Part shown: piece after piece, positions 9,708 to 21,205 of the stretch
Position numbering within the stretch: position 1 is the first letter of the stretch
How the letters are laid out: the number at the start of each line of letters is the position of its first letter
NCBI GenBank assembly: GCA_965248635.1
Contig: OZ252114.1
Location: 4,751,250-4,815,249, forward strand
Direction: 5' to 3'
Length of the DNA: 64,000 nt
From: Acidobacteriota bacterium
Lineage (GTDB): Bacteria; Acidobacteriota; UBA6911; RPQK01; CBDAPI01
The notes under the pieces: generated by a model
Told to the model about the DNA's origin: nothing
Database searches by the model: none
What the model saw: only the letters and a program-made list of their open reading frames with translations
Made by a program: the position numbers and the translations under genes

Positions 9708-10813
9708 CTCAAACCAAGCTGCTCGCGGGGATTCTCGGGATGAAGCTTCGCCAGCTCTTCCAGAAGCTCTTTCGAGCGCCCGCTCGCGGATGCCGGTAGG
9801 ACAATTTTGACACGGACGATCTGATCGCCCCGGGCCCCGCCCTTTGGTCCGGATGCTCCCTTTTTCTTAAGACGGAATTTCTGGCCCCCTTGCGTGCCCC
9901 CAGGAATGTGAAGCCGCGCCTTTCCACTCACCGTCGGCACTTCAATATCGGCGCCCAGGACAGCTTCCGTAACCGTCACCGGGATCTCGCAGTAGATCTG
10001 GTTGCCTTGACGCCAGAATAGGTCGTGAGACTCCACCTCCACGACCAGGTAGAGATCGCCTGCGGAGCCACCCTGCACGCCACTGTTACCCTTTCCTGGA
10101 ATGCGGACGCGGGAGCCGGTATTGACTCCAGCGGGGATCCTCACGGTAAGCGCCTCCGAGACAGCCCGGAAACCGGATCCCTTACAGGCAGAGCAATCTC
10201 CAGCCTGGATCTGACCGGAACCCCCACAACTTCCACAGGTCGTGCCAAAGGTCATGGTCCCATGCCGCTGCTGCGTCTGGCCCGAGCCCCGACACTCGGA
10301 GCAGGATTTCGCGTGTGAACCCGATCGAGATCCCGATCCGTGGCACTTGTCACAGGCCACCTGGCGGTGAAAGTTGAGGCGCTTTTCCACGCCGTTCACC
10401 GCCTCCAGGAAGGGGATCTTGATCTGGTATTCGAGGTCCGGGCCTCTCTTCGGACCGCTGCCCGACTGGCGGGGCCGGCGGCCGAAAAGATCCGAGAATA
10501 TCTCGCCGAAGCTGCTGAAAGGGGATGAGGCCGGCTGGCCGCTTTCGAAGCCCTGAAAGTCAAAACCCCGGGCGCCACCTCCCGGAAACCAGCCGCTGGC
10601 ATCCGCCTGCCCGTAGCGATCGTACGCTTTTCGCTTTTCCGAGTCCCCCAATACTGAATAGGCCTCCTGAATGTCCTTGAAGCGATCTTCGGCGCCCTTG
10701 TCACCCGGGTTGATGTCCGGATGATACTTGCGGGCCAATCGCCGGTAGGCTTTCTTGACCTCTTTGTCGGAAATCCCTTTCTCGAGGCCCAGGGTCTTGT
10801 AGTAGTCGCTCAC
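9704..10813 (-). CDS. dnaJ: chaperone DnaJ
   Basis: J-domain HPD, G/F-rich region, four CxxCxGxG repeats. Confidence 0.96.
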   Translation of the reverse strand: MSDYYKTLGLEKGISDKEVKKAYRRLARKYHPDINPGDKGAEDRFKDIQEAYSVLGDSEKRKAYDRYGQADASGWFPGGGARGFDFQGFESGQPASSPFSSFGEIFSDLFGRRPRQSGSGPKRGPDLEYQIKIPFLEAVNGVEKRLNFHRQVACDKCHGSGSRSGSHAKSCSECRGSGQTQQRHGTMTFGTTCGSCGGSGQIQAGDCSACKGSGFRAVSEALTVRIPAGVNTGSRVRIPGKGNSGVQGGSAGDLYLVVEVESHDLFWRQGNQIYCEIPVTVTEAVLGADIEVPTVSGKARLHIPGGTQGGQKFRLKKKGASGPKGGARGDQIVRVKIVLPASASGRSKELLEELAKLHPENPREQLGLR

Positions 10814-12726
10814 TTGTTCTCTTCAACGTCCACATACTCGGCATCGATCACGTCCTCATCCGACTGGGCTTCGCCGGTCTCGGATGGGCCGCTGTCCGAG
10901 GGTTCAGCATCCGGGCCGGAGTCCGACGCCTGGGCCTGGTACATTGCCTCAGCCAGTTTGTGTGACGCCTGAGTCAGCTTCTCAGCGGCCGCCTGAATTT
11001 GATCCAGATCCTCAGCCTCAATGGCCTTCCTGGTTTCAGCGATGGCCTCTTCGATGTTCGCGGCGTCTGCGGCGGCGATCTTGTCCCGATTCTCACCGAG
11101 CATTTTCTCCGTGCTGTAGACCAGATTGTCTGCTCGGTTCCGGGCCTCGATCAGGTCTTTCTTGCGACGATCCTCGCCGGCATGAGACTCAGCATCGTCC
11201 ACCATCTTATTGATCTCGGAATGGTCAAGGCCGCTGGAGCCTGTAATTGTGATTTTCTGTTCCTTGCCGGTTCCCTTGTCTTGGGCACTCACATTCAGGA
11301 TGCCATTGGCGTCGATGTCAAAGGTCACCTCGATCTGCGGGATACCTCTGGGAGCCGTTGGGATGCCCATCAAGTGGAATTTCCCCAGCGACTTGTTGTC
11401 GCCGGCCATGGGTCTTTCGCCCTGCAGCACGTGAATCTCCACCGAAGTCTGGTTATCCGCCGCCGTGGAAAAGGTCTCGCTCTTACGGGTCGGAATCGTC
11501 GTGTTCCGGGAAATCAGAGCGGTAGACACAGAACCCAGGGTCTCAATTCCCAGAGAGAGAGGAGTCACGTCCAGAAGGAGAACGTCCTTCACATCTCCTC
11601 CCAGAACACCCGCCTGGACCGCCGCTCCAATTGCCACAACCTCATCCGGGTTGACTCCCTTGTGAGGATCCTTTCCAAAGAATTCCCGAACCAGTTCCTG
11701 AACCTTCGGGATCCGAGTGGAGCCTCCCACCAGCACTGCCTCGTCGATCTGGCTCGCCTGCAGATCAGCGTCTTTGAGGGCCAGCCGGCAGGGCTCGAGG
11801 GTGCGACGAAGAATCTCATCCACAAGCTGTTCAAACTTGGAGCGAGTCAGGCTCAGGGTCAGGTGCTTGGGCCCGCTGGCGTCGGCGGTAATAAAGGGCA
11901 AGTTGATGTCGGTCTCCTGCGCCGAAGACAGCTCCATTTTGGCCTTCTCAGCTGCCTCGCGGAGCCGCTGCAGCGCCATGTTGTCCTGCGACAGATCAAT
12001 CCCCTGGTCCTTTTTGAACTCTTTCACAATCCAGTCAATCAGTCGCTGGTCGATGTTGTCCCCGCCCAGGTGGCCGTCACCATTCGTGGACTTGACCTCC
12101 ACGACACCTTCGCCAACTTCCAGAATGGAGATATCAAAGGTACCGCCGCCGAAGTCGAAGACAGCGATCGTTTCGTCTTTCTTCGCGTCCAGGCCATAGG
12201 CGAGTGCTGCCGCGGTCGGCTCGTTGACCAGGCGTTTGACCTCCAGCCCGGCGATCTTGCCGGCATCCTTGGTTGCCTGTCTCTGCGAATCATTGAAATA
12301 GGCCGGAACCGTGATGACCGCCTCTGTAATGCTTTCGCCCAGGTACTCCTCGGCTGCCGACTTCAGTTTCTGCAGAATGTTGGCTGAGATTTCGGGGGGA
12401 GCCTGTTGTTTGCCATTCAGTTCCACCCACGCATCCCCGTTCGCCGCTTTGAATACTTTGTAAGGCACCATCGACATCTCTTCAGGGACTTCTTCGAACT
12501 TGCGGCCCATAAAGCGCTTGATCGAATAGATCGTGTTCTGGGGGTTTGTCACAGCCTGCCGTTTTGCCACCTGGCCAACCAGTCGCTCTCCGTTCTTGGT
12601 CATAGCCACAACAGAGGGCGTCACTCGACCGCCCTCCGGATTCGTAATGACCGTCGGCTCCCCACCCTCCATAACAGCGACCACCGAATTGGTAGTCCCC
12701 AGGTCAATCCCAATAATCTTTCCCAT
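10810..12726 (-). CDS. dnaK: chaperone DnaK (Hsp70)
   Basis: [27 protein letters not shown]. Confidence 0.99.
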   Translation of the reverse strand: MGKIIGIDLGTTNSVVAVMEGGEPTVITNPEGGRVTPSVVAMTKNGERLVGQVAKRQAVTNPQNTIYSIKRFMGRKFEEVPEEMSMVPYKVFKAANGDAWVELNGKQQAPPEISANILQKLKSAAEEYLGESITEAVITVPAYFNDSQRQATKDAGKIAGLEVKRLVNEPTAAALAYGLDAKKDETIAVFDFGGGTFDISILEVGEGVVEVKSTNGDGHLGGDNIDQRLIDWIVKEFKKDQGIDLSQDNMALQRLREAAEKAKMELSSAQETDINLPFITADASGPKHLTLSLTRSKFEQLVDEILRRTLEPCRLALKDADLQASQIDEAVLVGGSTRIPKVQELVREFFGKDPHKGVNPDEVVAIGAAVQAGVLGGDVKDVLLLDVTPLSLGIETLGSVSTALISRNTTIPTRKSETFSTAADNQTSVEIHVLQGERPMAGDNKSLGKFHLMGIPTAPRGIPQIEVTFDIDANGILNVSAQDKGTGKEQKITITGSSGLDHSEINKMVDDAESHAGEDRRKKDLIEARNRADNLVYSTEKMLGENRDKIAAADAANIEEAIAETRKAIEAEDLDQIQAAAEKLTQASHKLAEAMYQAQASDSGPDAEPSDSGPSETGEAQSDEDVIDAEYVDVEENK

Positions 12727-12805
12727 TCGTAGGAACCTCCTTAGTAAGCTCTCTAGTTATTCCTTCGAGCTGTAAATCTACAGCTCCGATGCCTGTTGAT
12801 CACAC

Positions 12806-12850
12806 CTTGAGTTCGATCGAAATATAAGATATGAGTCGGGAGGTGTCAAG
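12806..12850 (-). promoter_or_regulatory. dnaK sigma70 promoter with HAIR-like HspR operator
   Basis: Minus strand TTGACA (12849-12844)-17 bp-TATATT; TATGAGT-N7-TGTCAAG at 12830-12850 versus HAIR CTTGAGT-N7-ACTCAAG; perfect half-site CTTGAGT at 12806-12812. Confidence 0.7.
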
Positions 12851-15800
12851 GTGAGTCAGCGTTTTTCGGAAAAGACCCTAACATGTTGATTATTAAGGAT
12901 TTTTACCGCTGACCGTTGAGAGTTTACGCGAAACGTGGACCGTGGAACGTGGAACTATTCATCCCCGACCTGGGCCAGAAGATACAGATCAAGCCCGCTC
13001 TGGCAGAGAATGATGCCGCCGTCTGTGATACCGATCGCAGACTCCAGGACCACTGGAGAGTTGTCAACTCGACTGTTCAAGTCGATCATCTCACCCTCGG
13101 ACCAGAGAAAAGCGTGCTGGGCTGCCTCGGAGGTGAAAGAACTTCCCACGACCTGCCCCGGGTTATTCAGCCCGAGAGCCTGACTGGCGAATCCACCCAG
13201 AGTTCCCAGATCGGTGGCAGTCCCGTTTTCCCACAGGAACGCTCTAGGGCCCATCTTCGTGAACCCGGTGTAGGCGACCTGCACAGAGTCGTTGATGTCC
13301 ATAGCAAAACCACCCTCGCCAATCACCTGACCCGATCCTGGGCCGGACAGCCAGACAGCGGCGAGGGCCGACTCACCGATACCGGCCGGTTGCCCTCCAC
13401 CGCTCGGCGCTATTCCTCCAGCAACCTGTCCCAGGTTGTTCAAGCCGAATCCGCCGGCTTCGAATTCTCCGAGCGGGGATCCGAGATCGACGAGTGATCC
13501 GCCAGTCAGCAGAAAGGCCCGGCTCAAGCCAGAAGGCCCTATGTCGGCAAAGCCGGTGACCTGACCCTGGTTGTTGATGCCGGTTGGAAAGGGCTCCTCA
13601 ATTTCGGAGAACGCGGACAGGAGCTGAAAGACTCCATTCTGCCAGAGCTGGAAGCCGGGCTCTAGAATGCCGAGCACCTGACCTGAATCGTTGATGGCCA
13701 GCGGGATAAAACTTACGGCTCCAGCCAAACCTCCAAAGGGATTCAAGCCGGCCGGTAGCCCATATTTCGGGATTGCCAACCAGATATACCCCTGTCCGAG
13801 TGCACCTGCGAAGACAACTTCGCCATGATTGTTCATATCAGTGAAATCGAAGAATGCCCCAGCGGGATTCAAAACCCCACCGATGTATGTCACCTGGTAG
13901 GTTCCGGGCGAAGGTGGCCCGCCGACGTCAGGGAGGTCGAGGGCTATTAGAACCCGCATCTGATCCTGTCCACCTGCGGCTTCGGCACTGAAATCGAGCC
14001 GGGCCTGATCGTCCGAGATCTCAGCGGTGTCCGGCGGCTCTTCAAACGGACCCCAGTGACGAGCCTCAGTTCCGCTGTAGTCCGTGGCAGGGGAACCCAG
14101 CAGGGCATCCGTCCCGTCCAGTGTCTCCGTCTGGTTAATGACTCCCAGAATCGGATCATCGAAACGAACAAAGCCCGGATCCAGAATTCCTCCCTCTGTC
14201 CCCGGTGGATCGTAGTGGAAAAAGTAGCTGCGAATTCTCGATCCCGCCTGGATCACCTCTCCCGTGTCCGGTGCCAGATCCCGAGCCAGCGTGACGACCT
14301 TCTCCAGAAACACGTGTACGTGATCCGGATCCGTCAGATCCTCGTCACCCACCGCCGGAGGAGGAGAGGAGAGCAGCCGAACATTCGACGAATAACTCAC
14401 GATGCCGGTCAGAAGTTGCTTGGCGGCCACCGGGTTGATGGCGTCACCCTCGTACAGATCCACCGGAACCACGGCCACCTGGCCGACTTCTCCGATGACT
14501 TCGCCGAGCAGGATTCCAGGCTCGGGAATCAGTGTACCGGCCGGGACCGCTGCACGGGAGGTGTCCCTGAGAGCCAGGTCCCGAATCCCTGGAGAGGATA
14601 TCCAGGTCTGGAGTCCGATACTGGCGGTCAATATCGATACCCGATCGGCTCCCCTTTCCGTGAGCAGCAAGTGAAAACTCTCCCGACAACTGATTCCGCT
14701 CCGGTACAGACCCAGTAACTGTCCGGGATCCGCCAGATCATCGGCCACCACCACCGCTACTCCCGAGAGTCGCTCGAGCTTCCGGATCTCTCGCCTGGCA
14801 CTGTCACTGACGTAAATGTCTCCACTGCACCGGTCCACTGCCAATCCTGCCGGAGTCAACCCCTCGATCACGTCTCCCAACGGTCTGCGGCCCACTCCCG
14901 CCGGGGCTCCTGCCAGTCCCTGATTCAACTCGGCCCCCGCCACTCTCGTGACCCTGTCTCTCTCCGCCACCAGCAGATCTCCATTGACGGGATCGAGCAC
15001 CAGTGACACCAGCTCATCCAACCCCGTCACCACCGTCGTCGTCTGCTCGGTCTGGGGACTGAACCGGATCACTCTTCCTGTTGTCTTTGCAGCCAGCAGC
15101 AGATGCTCCTTCCCGTCACTTCCCGCAAAGGCAATCATCTTGGGGATATCCTCTCCGGCAAACTGGGCCACCTGGGCCGGCGATCCTGCCGTCACATCGA
15201 AGATCGTCGAACTCTGACTCACCCCGGCCACACTCTTGCCGGGCCCTGCTCCCAGACTCAACTCGGCTGTGTAGACTCTGGCCAGCCCCGACAGATACGC
15301 CACCGACTGCACGACTCCCAGATCTCCTGCCAGCACTTCTCTGCTGAGCACATCTGTCGAGGCCCCGGCCGTGTCTTCTCCAATGCGTGCCGTCACCACC
15401 ACCGGCAACGCCCCGGGAACCTGCGCCGGACCCGTGTAGCGCCCTGTCCCGTCTACCGTGCCTTGTAGCGCTCCGCCTCCCTTTTCCCCGTTCACACTCC
15501 AGGTCGTTTCCCCATCCGGTCCCATCACCTCGAACTGCTGCATCCCCGCCACCGGCACAATCGCCAGCGGTGGACTCACTTCGATCGGTTCCGTCCCCGT
15601 CTCCACTTCAAACTCCTCGGGTGCCGGTTGCGGTGGTACGTTTGAGAGCACTCGGCCGTCCAGGGTCCCGAACACATTTGTCAGAAACACGGGCACATCG
15701 CTCTTGATCAGAATGAATCCCCCCGCCTGATCGGCTGCCGTCGGGATCATCTCCGTCAGTGTGCGACTCAGTCTCTGACCCGGGGCCAGGGTGGTCCGAA

Positions 15801-17012
15801 AGCTCCCCAGTACCGTCCCATCCTGCTTGACTGCCACCACCTGGACATTCGCCACCAGCTTCCCACCGTTCAAGATCGCCACTCCCGTGAAGAAGTTAAA
15901 GGTCGTCGCAATGTGGGAAAACACCGCCGAGCCGGTTCCCGAGGCCACGCTGGCTACCGAGGCAATCGATCCCAGGGCCGGTATCGAGTAGCTGATCGCT
16001 CCATGAATCGCTTCCGAGGTCGATTCCACTCGCAGCCATCCATCCAGGGTCGACTTCCCCGCAAAGCCGAACATCTCCTCCAGATCCTCACGCAGGACCC
16101 GCGTCACCGGATTCGTCTGCACATCCCCCGCTCCAAACGGAACTCCATCCGGCTGATAAGCCGTGACCGTCAAGATCACCGGCCCTTCTTCGGCCAGACT
16201 CACCACCGTCAACTCCGTCTCGAATAGTCCCAGTACGGCCAGTTGCGGAAAAAACAGTCCGTTGAGTAACTCTGTTGCGGGACGTGCGTTGAGTCCCAGT
16301 AGATCGCTCCCCGGCTGCACGAACCCAAACCCGGCCAGTTCCTGGTCCGATTCCACCACCACATAGACCGGATCATCCATCAGCACTCCGGCCGGGGCCG
16401 CCTGCTCGGAAAAGAACTCCTCCACATCCAGGCGCGCTGCTCCCCGCGGCGCCAGGTTTACGATTCTCGACGCCGAATCCTCATTCGACACCAGTTTCAC
16501 CTCGGCCGTGACTGCCTGACCGGTCGGGTTGATCAGGTTCAGTTCAGTTCTCTCCCCTTCGCCCACCCGAACGTCACTGAAGACCAGCCGGGAAGAAAGC
16601 GGCGGAAGATCGGCTCCATCCAGAAAGCTGGAGGTCGTATCCAGGAACAAGAAGAATCCCGTCAGGTCGTCCGTCTCACTGACCGCCTGAAACCAGGCGG
16701 CTTCCCCCAGTTCTGGTCCCGATCCAAACAGAGAGACGGTGATGGTTCCACTCTGAGTGCCGGCTTTGACCTCGAGCTGCACCGGGTTTCAATCCCCTGT
16801 CCCTGCAGCAACCCACCGCCGGAGAGGTAGGCTGTCACCTCGACCTGGGCATCTTCTTCACCCAGGTTCACGATCGCCACTCCCGTGATCGTGTCCTTCT
16901 GAAACGTCAAAAAGGGAAAGTTCAGTATGCTGCGGGCCTGAAAGAGGTGGACCCGGAAAACTGGACCATTTGCTAAGGTGGCTCCGACCTGAATCAGAAA
17001 GGATGAGGAGTC

Positions 17013-17294
17013 ATGGAAAAACGAAGGAATTTTTCAGCTCAGTTTAAAGCGAAGGTGGCACTGGAAGCGCTGCGAGGCGAGCACACCCTGAGCGAGCTGG
17101 CGGCTCGCTACGAGATCCACCCGAATATGATCACGAATTGGAAAAAGCGGGCCCGAGAGGGCCTGGTCGATGTGTTCGCGGGCAAAGTTGAGAAGCGTCA
17201 GAGAGGAAGCGAGGCGAAGACCAAAGAGCAGTACGCCAAGATCGGCGAACTGACGGTGGAAAAGGATTTTTTGTCCAAAGTGCTCGATCGCTGA
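17013..17294 (+). CDS. IS3 transposase OrfA (HTH)
   Basis: RRNFSAQFKAKVALEAL...LAARYEIHPNMITNWKK; slippery GGATTTTTTG at about 17264-17273. Confidence 0.92.
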   Translation: MEKRRNFSAQFKAKVALEALRGEHTLSELAARYEIHPNMITNWKKRAREGLVDVFAGKVEKRQRGSEAKTKEQYAKIGELTVEKDFLSKVLDR

Positions 17295-17344
17295 GTGTCA
17301 AGGCCAGAAAGGCCGCGATCGAGCCGGAGCACCCGAGACTGAGC

Positions 17345-18214
17345 ATGCGCAGACAATGCAGGCTGATGAGTCTGAACCGCTCGACTTTGTACTATGAGCC
17401 CAAAGGTGAGAGCGAAGAAAACCTGCAACTGATGAGACGACTGGACGAGCAGTTCTTAGAGACTCCCTACTACGGATCCCGGCAGATGGTCTATCACTTG
17501 AAACGGCAAGGCTACCAGGTGGGCCGCAAACGGGTTCGTCGCCTGATGGACAAAATGGGCCTGGCGGTCATCTATCCAAAGCCGCGGACCTCACAGCCGC
17601 ACCCGGAGAATCGAGTGTATCCGTATCTTCTTCGAGGCTTGGCGGTCAGCCGGCCCGATCAGGTGTGGTGTGCGGATGTCACCTACATCCCGATGCGTCG
17701 AGGTTTTTTGTACCTGGTGGCGATCATGGACTGGTACAGCCGCCGGGTTCTGTCCTGGAGGCTGTCGAACACGCTGGAGCCGTTCTCTTGTTGCGAGGCA
17801 CTCGAGGAGGCGCTCAACAGGTACGATCCCCCGGAGATCTTCAATACCGACCAGGGGAGTCAGTTCACCAGTGCGGAGTTCACGGGACTACTCAAAGAGG
17901 CCGGGGTGCGTATCTCGATGGACGGCCGGGGCCGCTGGATGGACAACATCTTCATCGAGCGGCTGTGGCGTTCACTCAAGTACGAATGCGTTTATCTGAA
18001 CGCTTTCGAAACCGGGTCGGAGGCCCGCCGAGGGATCGGCCACTGGATCAATCTATACAACAGCCAGAGACCTCACTCGGCACACAACGGAGCGACGCCC
18101 GAAGAGGTGTACACTGGCTTGGACAAAAATTCTGAGAGGGGCCTCGCCCTCGGGCTCATCCCCTCTCAGAATTTCCCTGACTGGCGGCAACAAGAACTAC
18201 GGAGTCCACCTTAG
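17345..18214 (+). CDS. IS3 transposase OrfB (DDE integrase-like), probably fused to OrfA by -1 frameshift
   Basis: WCADVTYI, FNTDQGSQFTS, DNIFIERLWRSLKYE. Confidence 0.93.
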   Translation: MRRQCRLMSLNRSTLYYEPKGESEENLQLMRRLDEQFLETPYYGSRQMVYHLKRQGYQVGRKRVRRLMDKMGLAVIYPKPRTSQPHPENRVYPYLLRGLAVSRPDQVWCADVTYIPMRRGFLYLVAIMDWYSRRVLSWRLSNTLEPFSCCEALEEALNRYDPPEIFNTDQGSQFTSAEFTGLLKEAGVRISMDGRGRWMDNIFIERLWRSLKYECVYLNAFETGSEARRGIGHWINLYNSQRPHSAHNGATPEEVYTGLDKNSERGLALGLIPSQNFPDWRQQELRSPP

Positions 18215-18468
18215 AAATGCCGCCGAGTGGTCCAGCCAATGGCGTCCACCTCTGAAGGACCCCGCCTGCCAGCGGGAAAAGAGTTAGGAAACAGAGAAAG
18301 CCGCGCACTAAATCCTTCATTCGGAACACCTAGCCTCCTTCTAAGACCGATGGCTCAAGCCTACTCCAGAGTAGTGTGTGGAAGCGAAAGTTGAAAGTTG
18401 AAAGTCGCAATGTTGTTTGCAGGTCTCCAAGAGACCACAGAACCGCGGACGGCCGCGGCGGGAGTGGT

Positions 18469-18527
18469 GTAGGAGGACCCTCCGTGATCCGATCAGATCG
18501 CTCGGCACACCAGATGGCGTGCCCTAC
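18469..18527. repeat. GTAG-type REP doublet
   Basis: GTAGGAGGACCCTCCGTGATCCGAT facing the inverted GTAGGGCACGCCATCTGGTGTGCC. Confidence 0.55.
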
Positions 18528-18556
18528 CAAACACCCCACGTCCCGGATTGCGAACC

Positions 18557-18588
18557 TTGGAACGTTGGAACGTTGGAACATTGGAACG
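18557..18588. repeat. short tandem repeat (TTGGAACR)x4
   Basis: Direct reading; a (TTGAAAG)n tract lies nearby at 18386-18404. Confidence 0.8.
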
Positions 18589-18590
18589 TC

Positions 18591-19520
18591 TCAGTACACC
18601 AGCGTCTTGCGGTGCTGCACTTTGATCTTCTCTCGGGCCACTTCGAGCTGAACCGGGCGGGTGCACCGGCGGGAACCCGGCTGTACGTAGAAACCGACCG
18701 TGTAGCTGTTGGTGAGGGTCGACATCAGGTCGTTCATGAACTCTTCGGGGAACACATACTCGGCCGAGAGGTAAACCTTCCCTCCCGTCTCGGAAACCAG
18801 CTTTCTGAAGTAATAGGGATTAAAGCGCGCGGCGCTGCTGGAGGCGGGGGATGTGCCCCTCGGTCCGAATGAAACGACATAAAGGTCAATGTCGCTGATC
18901 CTCAACATGTCGCGATATTCGTCCAGGTTTTTCAGCGACTCGCGGTCGGCCGTTGCCGTGACGAGCAGGAGAACTTTCCGCTTTTCCGGGCGTGCCTTCA
19001 AGATGTCCACTCCGCGACCCAGAAATCGCCCCACCGGAATGCGCTCCAGATCCAGGCCCTGAGGCCGGGGCTTCATGTCGTGGATCGCCTGGATCAGCTC
19101 CCAATCCTGATTCGTGAAGCTGTGGACCGTCTCGAGTTCCTGGTAAAACTGGCCGATCCACACCTCGCCCAGTTCGGCAATAGCAGGAATGGTTTCGTCG
19201 ACCAGGAAGTAGCGCACAATGTCGACGATGTTGACTTCTCCGTACTGCGGCCGGCTCACGTTGTAGCGAGCTGTACGAGGGATGTTCTCGATCAAAATGG
19301 CAAAGGCGGTGTCGACGTTCTGGTACCCGAAGTAGCGAATCTCCACCGGCTCCTCGTCGAGGTAAAGCTTGACTTCTTCCCGCTTCAGATCGCGTACATA
19401 GATCCCGTTTTTCTGTTTCACCGAAAAGTTGAGGAAGCGGGCCTGCCGGTCACTAGCCAGCAGCTGCAAGGAGATGCCCGCCAGATACGACACAAGTAGG
19501 ATCAGCGAAAGCCGTTTCAC
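18591..19520 (-). CDS. secreted VWA-related domain protein (Acidobacteria-type)
   Basis: Signal peptide, G.YVRDLKREEV, KRKVLLLVT, LVSETGG, YTVGFY; MIDAS motif degenerate. Confidence 0.7.
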   Translation of the reverse strand: MKRLSLILLVSYLAGISLQLLASDRQARFLNFSVKQKNGIYVRDLKREEVKLYLDEEPVEIRYFGYQNVDTAFAILIENIPRTARYNVSRPQYGEVNIVDIVRYFLVDETIPAIAELGEVWIGQFYQELETVHSFTNQDWELIQAIHDMKPRPQGLDLERIPVGRFLGRGVDILKARPEKRKVLLLVTATADRESLKNLDEYRDMLRISDIDLYVVSFGPRGTSPASSSAARFNPYYFRKLVSETGGKVYLSAEYVFPEEFMNDLMSTLTNSYTVGFYVQPGSRRCTRPVQLEVAREKIKVQHRKTLVY

Positions 19521-19554
19521 GGTCCCATTATACCGGGCCCGGCCAGGGCTCTAG

Positions 19555-21205
19555 CCCGGATTATGCAAGAACCGTAATCGGGTATTGAAAAAGACTTGAG
19601 AAGTGGCCCAAATCGGAAGCGGGCACGTGTGACCGGTGGATTTGCGAAGAATATCGGTTGGCGAGGGGGTTGAAATGCTTGGGGGAGTGAATTTCAGACA
19701 GATCTGGGCCTCGATGTGTGTAGGAAGCGGTTTTTTGGGGAGCTGGGAGAGGCTAGCTGGAGTTGAGGCGACTCAAGACGAGGTGGAAGAGGGGTTGTTC
19801 GGGAAAGGCTGAGGAAAGATGGACCCAGATGCGTCGAGTGGTTTGTCGGATCCGGGCCCCAATCTTGAGGACCCGACGACGTAAGGTTTCGATTTCGAGC
19901 TTGTGCCAGGGGGTTCCGTGCAGATAGTCGCGCAGGCGCACGAACATCTGGTAAGCCAGTGCATGCAGGAGGAGTCGAAACTGGTTGGCCAGAAATCGAT
20001 GACAGCTGAGTCGGTCCATGCTCAGATGATTCTTAAAGGCCTTGATGAAGTTCTCGGTCTGCCCTCGGTTTGTGTAGTGGTCATAAAGTGATTGGGAGCA
20101 GAGATCGTCCCGGTTGGTGACTACAAAGCGACGGTTGATCCCACGCTGATCGACCTCCACTTTGACAATGACGCGACGGGATCGATCCCAGCTGTGGGCT
20201 CGATAAAGAAACTCGTCAAACTGACGCTGTTTTTCCTCCAGCTCAACGAACCTCAGCCGAGTCGAATCCAGCAGCGGCTCGACCACTCGCTGCAGGCGAG
20301 GGTTTCGACTTAACCCAATGACATATTGGAGTTTATTCTCTTCACCTTCACAGAACTCGTAGAGCCGAGGCGTGGCAAAGCCGCTGTCGGCCCGAATCTC
20401 AATCTCGACATCCGTCCCCACTCCTTGTCGGATGGCCTCCACGACGCGCTTCAAAACGGGCACGATGTGAGAGGCAGCCCCCTTGTTGCCAGGTCTCAAC
20501 ATGGCACACACCAGGTCTCCCGTGGCGGCATCGAAGATCAGCAAAGGATGCAGAATGTGGTTTCGGTAATACCCGTGGTAGAAGGAGAACTCCTGTTGGC
20601 CGTGAGTGTGGTCATCGGTACTGTCCAGATCCAGGATGATCTTGCTGGGGCGTCTCTTCTTCAGGGAGCGCACATAACGGCCTAGCAGCCACCGGCTCAG
20701 ACGCATCAGATCCTTCTTGGTGACGGAGTTCTCCAAACGGGAGAAAGTCGGCTGGGTGGCCAAGTCGGGATCGCTCTCGGGCAACTGATCACAGACTGTC
20801 TTGAGCATCGGATCCGAGCGCAGCGTATCGGCGTCGTTACAGTCTTCGTAGCCGGCCACGATCTGCAAGACTCGTTGTCGGATCAACTTCAACAGGTCAT
20901 GACGAATGTAGCGTTGGTCTCGACTTTCCGAAATACAGGAACTGAAGCCCTCGCACAATCGATGTTGACGATCCAGCGATCCAAACAACAACCATCCTGC
21001 GTCGGAAGTGAGGCTCCCCCCATCAAAACGAGCCGTGATGTTTCTGTGGCTATGAAATGGCAGGGTATTCTGGCAGACTGTTTTTGACATTGCCGTAGCT
21101 CCTGTTTAGGGTCTTTGTTTCTCTAAACCCTTTTATATCAGAGAGCTACGGCCTTTTTTCTGGGCCCAAATCTCACTTGAATTTAGATCTCCTGCATAAT
21201 CCGGG
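19555..21205 (-). mobile_element. IS1380-family insertion sequence (1651 bp)
   Basis: Terminal IR CCCGGATTATGCA(A/G)GA; CTAG direct repeats at 19551-19554 and 21206-21209. Confidence 0.95.
19753..21090 (-). CDS. IS1380-family DDE transposase
   Basis: FDGGSLTSDAG, LDLDSTDD..HG.QE, RADSGF, YTNRGQTENFIK. Confidence 0.95.
   Translation of the reverse strand: MSKTVCQNTLPFHSHRNITARFDGGSLTSDAGWLLFGSLDRQHRLCEGFSSCISESRDQRYIRHDLLKLIRQRVLQIVAGYEDCNDADTLRSDPMLKTVCDQLPESDPDLATQPTFSRLENSVTKKDLMRLSRWLLGRYVRSLKKRRPSKIILDLDSTDDHTHGQQEFSFYHGYYRNHILHPLLIFDAATGDLVCAMLRPGNKGAASHIVPVLKRVVEAIRQGVGTDVEIEIRADSGFATPRLYEFCEGEENKLQYVIGLSRNPRLQRVVEPLLDSTRLRFVELEEKQRQFDEFLYRAHSWDRSRRVIVKVEVDQRGINRRFVVTNRDDLCSQSLYDHYTNRGQTENFIKAFKNHLSMDRLSCHRFLANQFRLLLHALAYQMFVRLRDYLHGTPWHKLEIETLRRRVLKIGARIRQTTRRIWVHLSSAFPEQPLFHLVLSRLNSS

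Larger units (their letters stand above)
16943..18253 (+). mobile_element. IS3-family insertion sequence
   Basis: Imperfect terminal IRs AGAGGTGGAC..CTGGACCA; 3-bp target duplication GAA (16940-16942, 18254-18256); orfA/orfB layout. Confidence 0.92.
12955..18329 (-). pseudogene. large secreted multidomain protein (Ig-like, NHL/beta-propeller-like, HAF repeats), disrupted by IS3 and a frameshift
   Basis: AAGGAGG + GTG at 18329 and a signal peptide that rejoins in frame when the IS is removed; 1-nt loss near 16788; 1275-aa remainder ends in RAFLWENG..DLGTLGG / HAFLW repeats. Confidence 0.8.

Noticed and set aside
10999-12387. 462-aa plus-strand ORF
   Set aside because: Antisense shadow of dnaK, a well-known artefact in GC-rich genomes.
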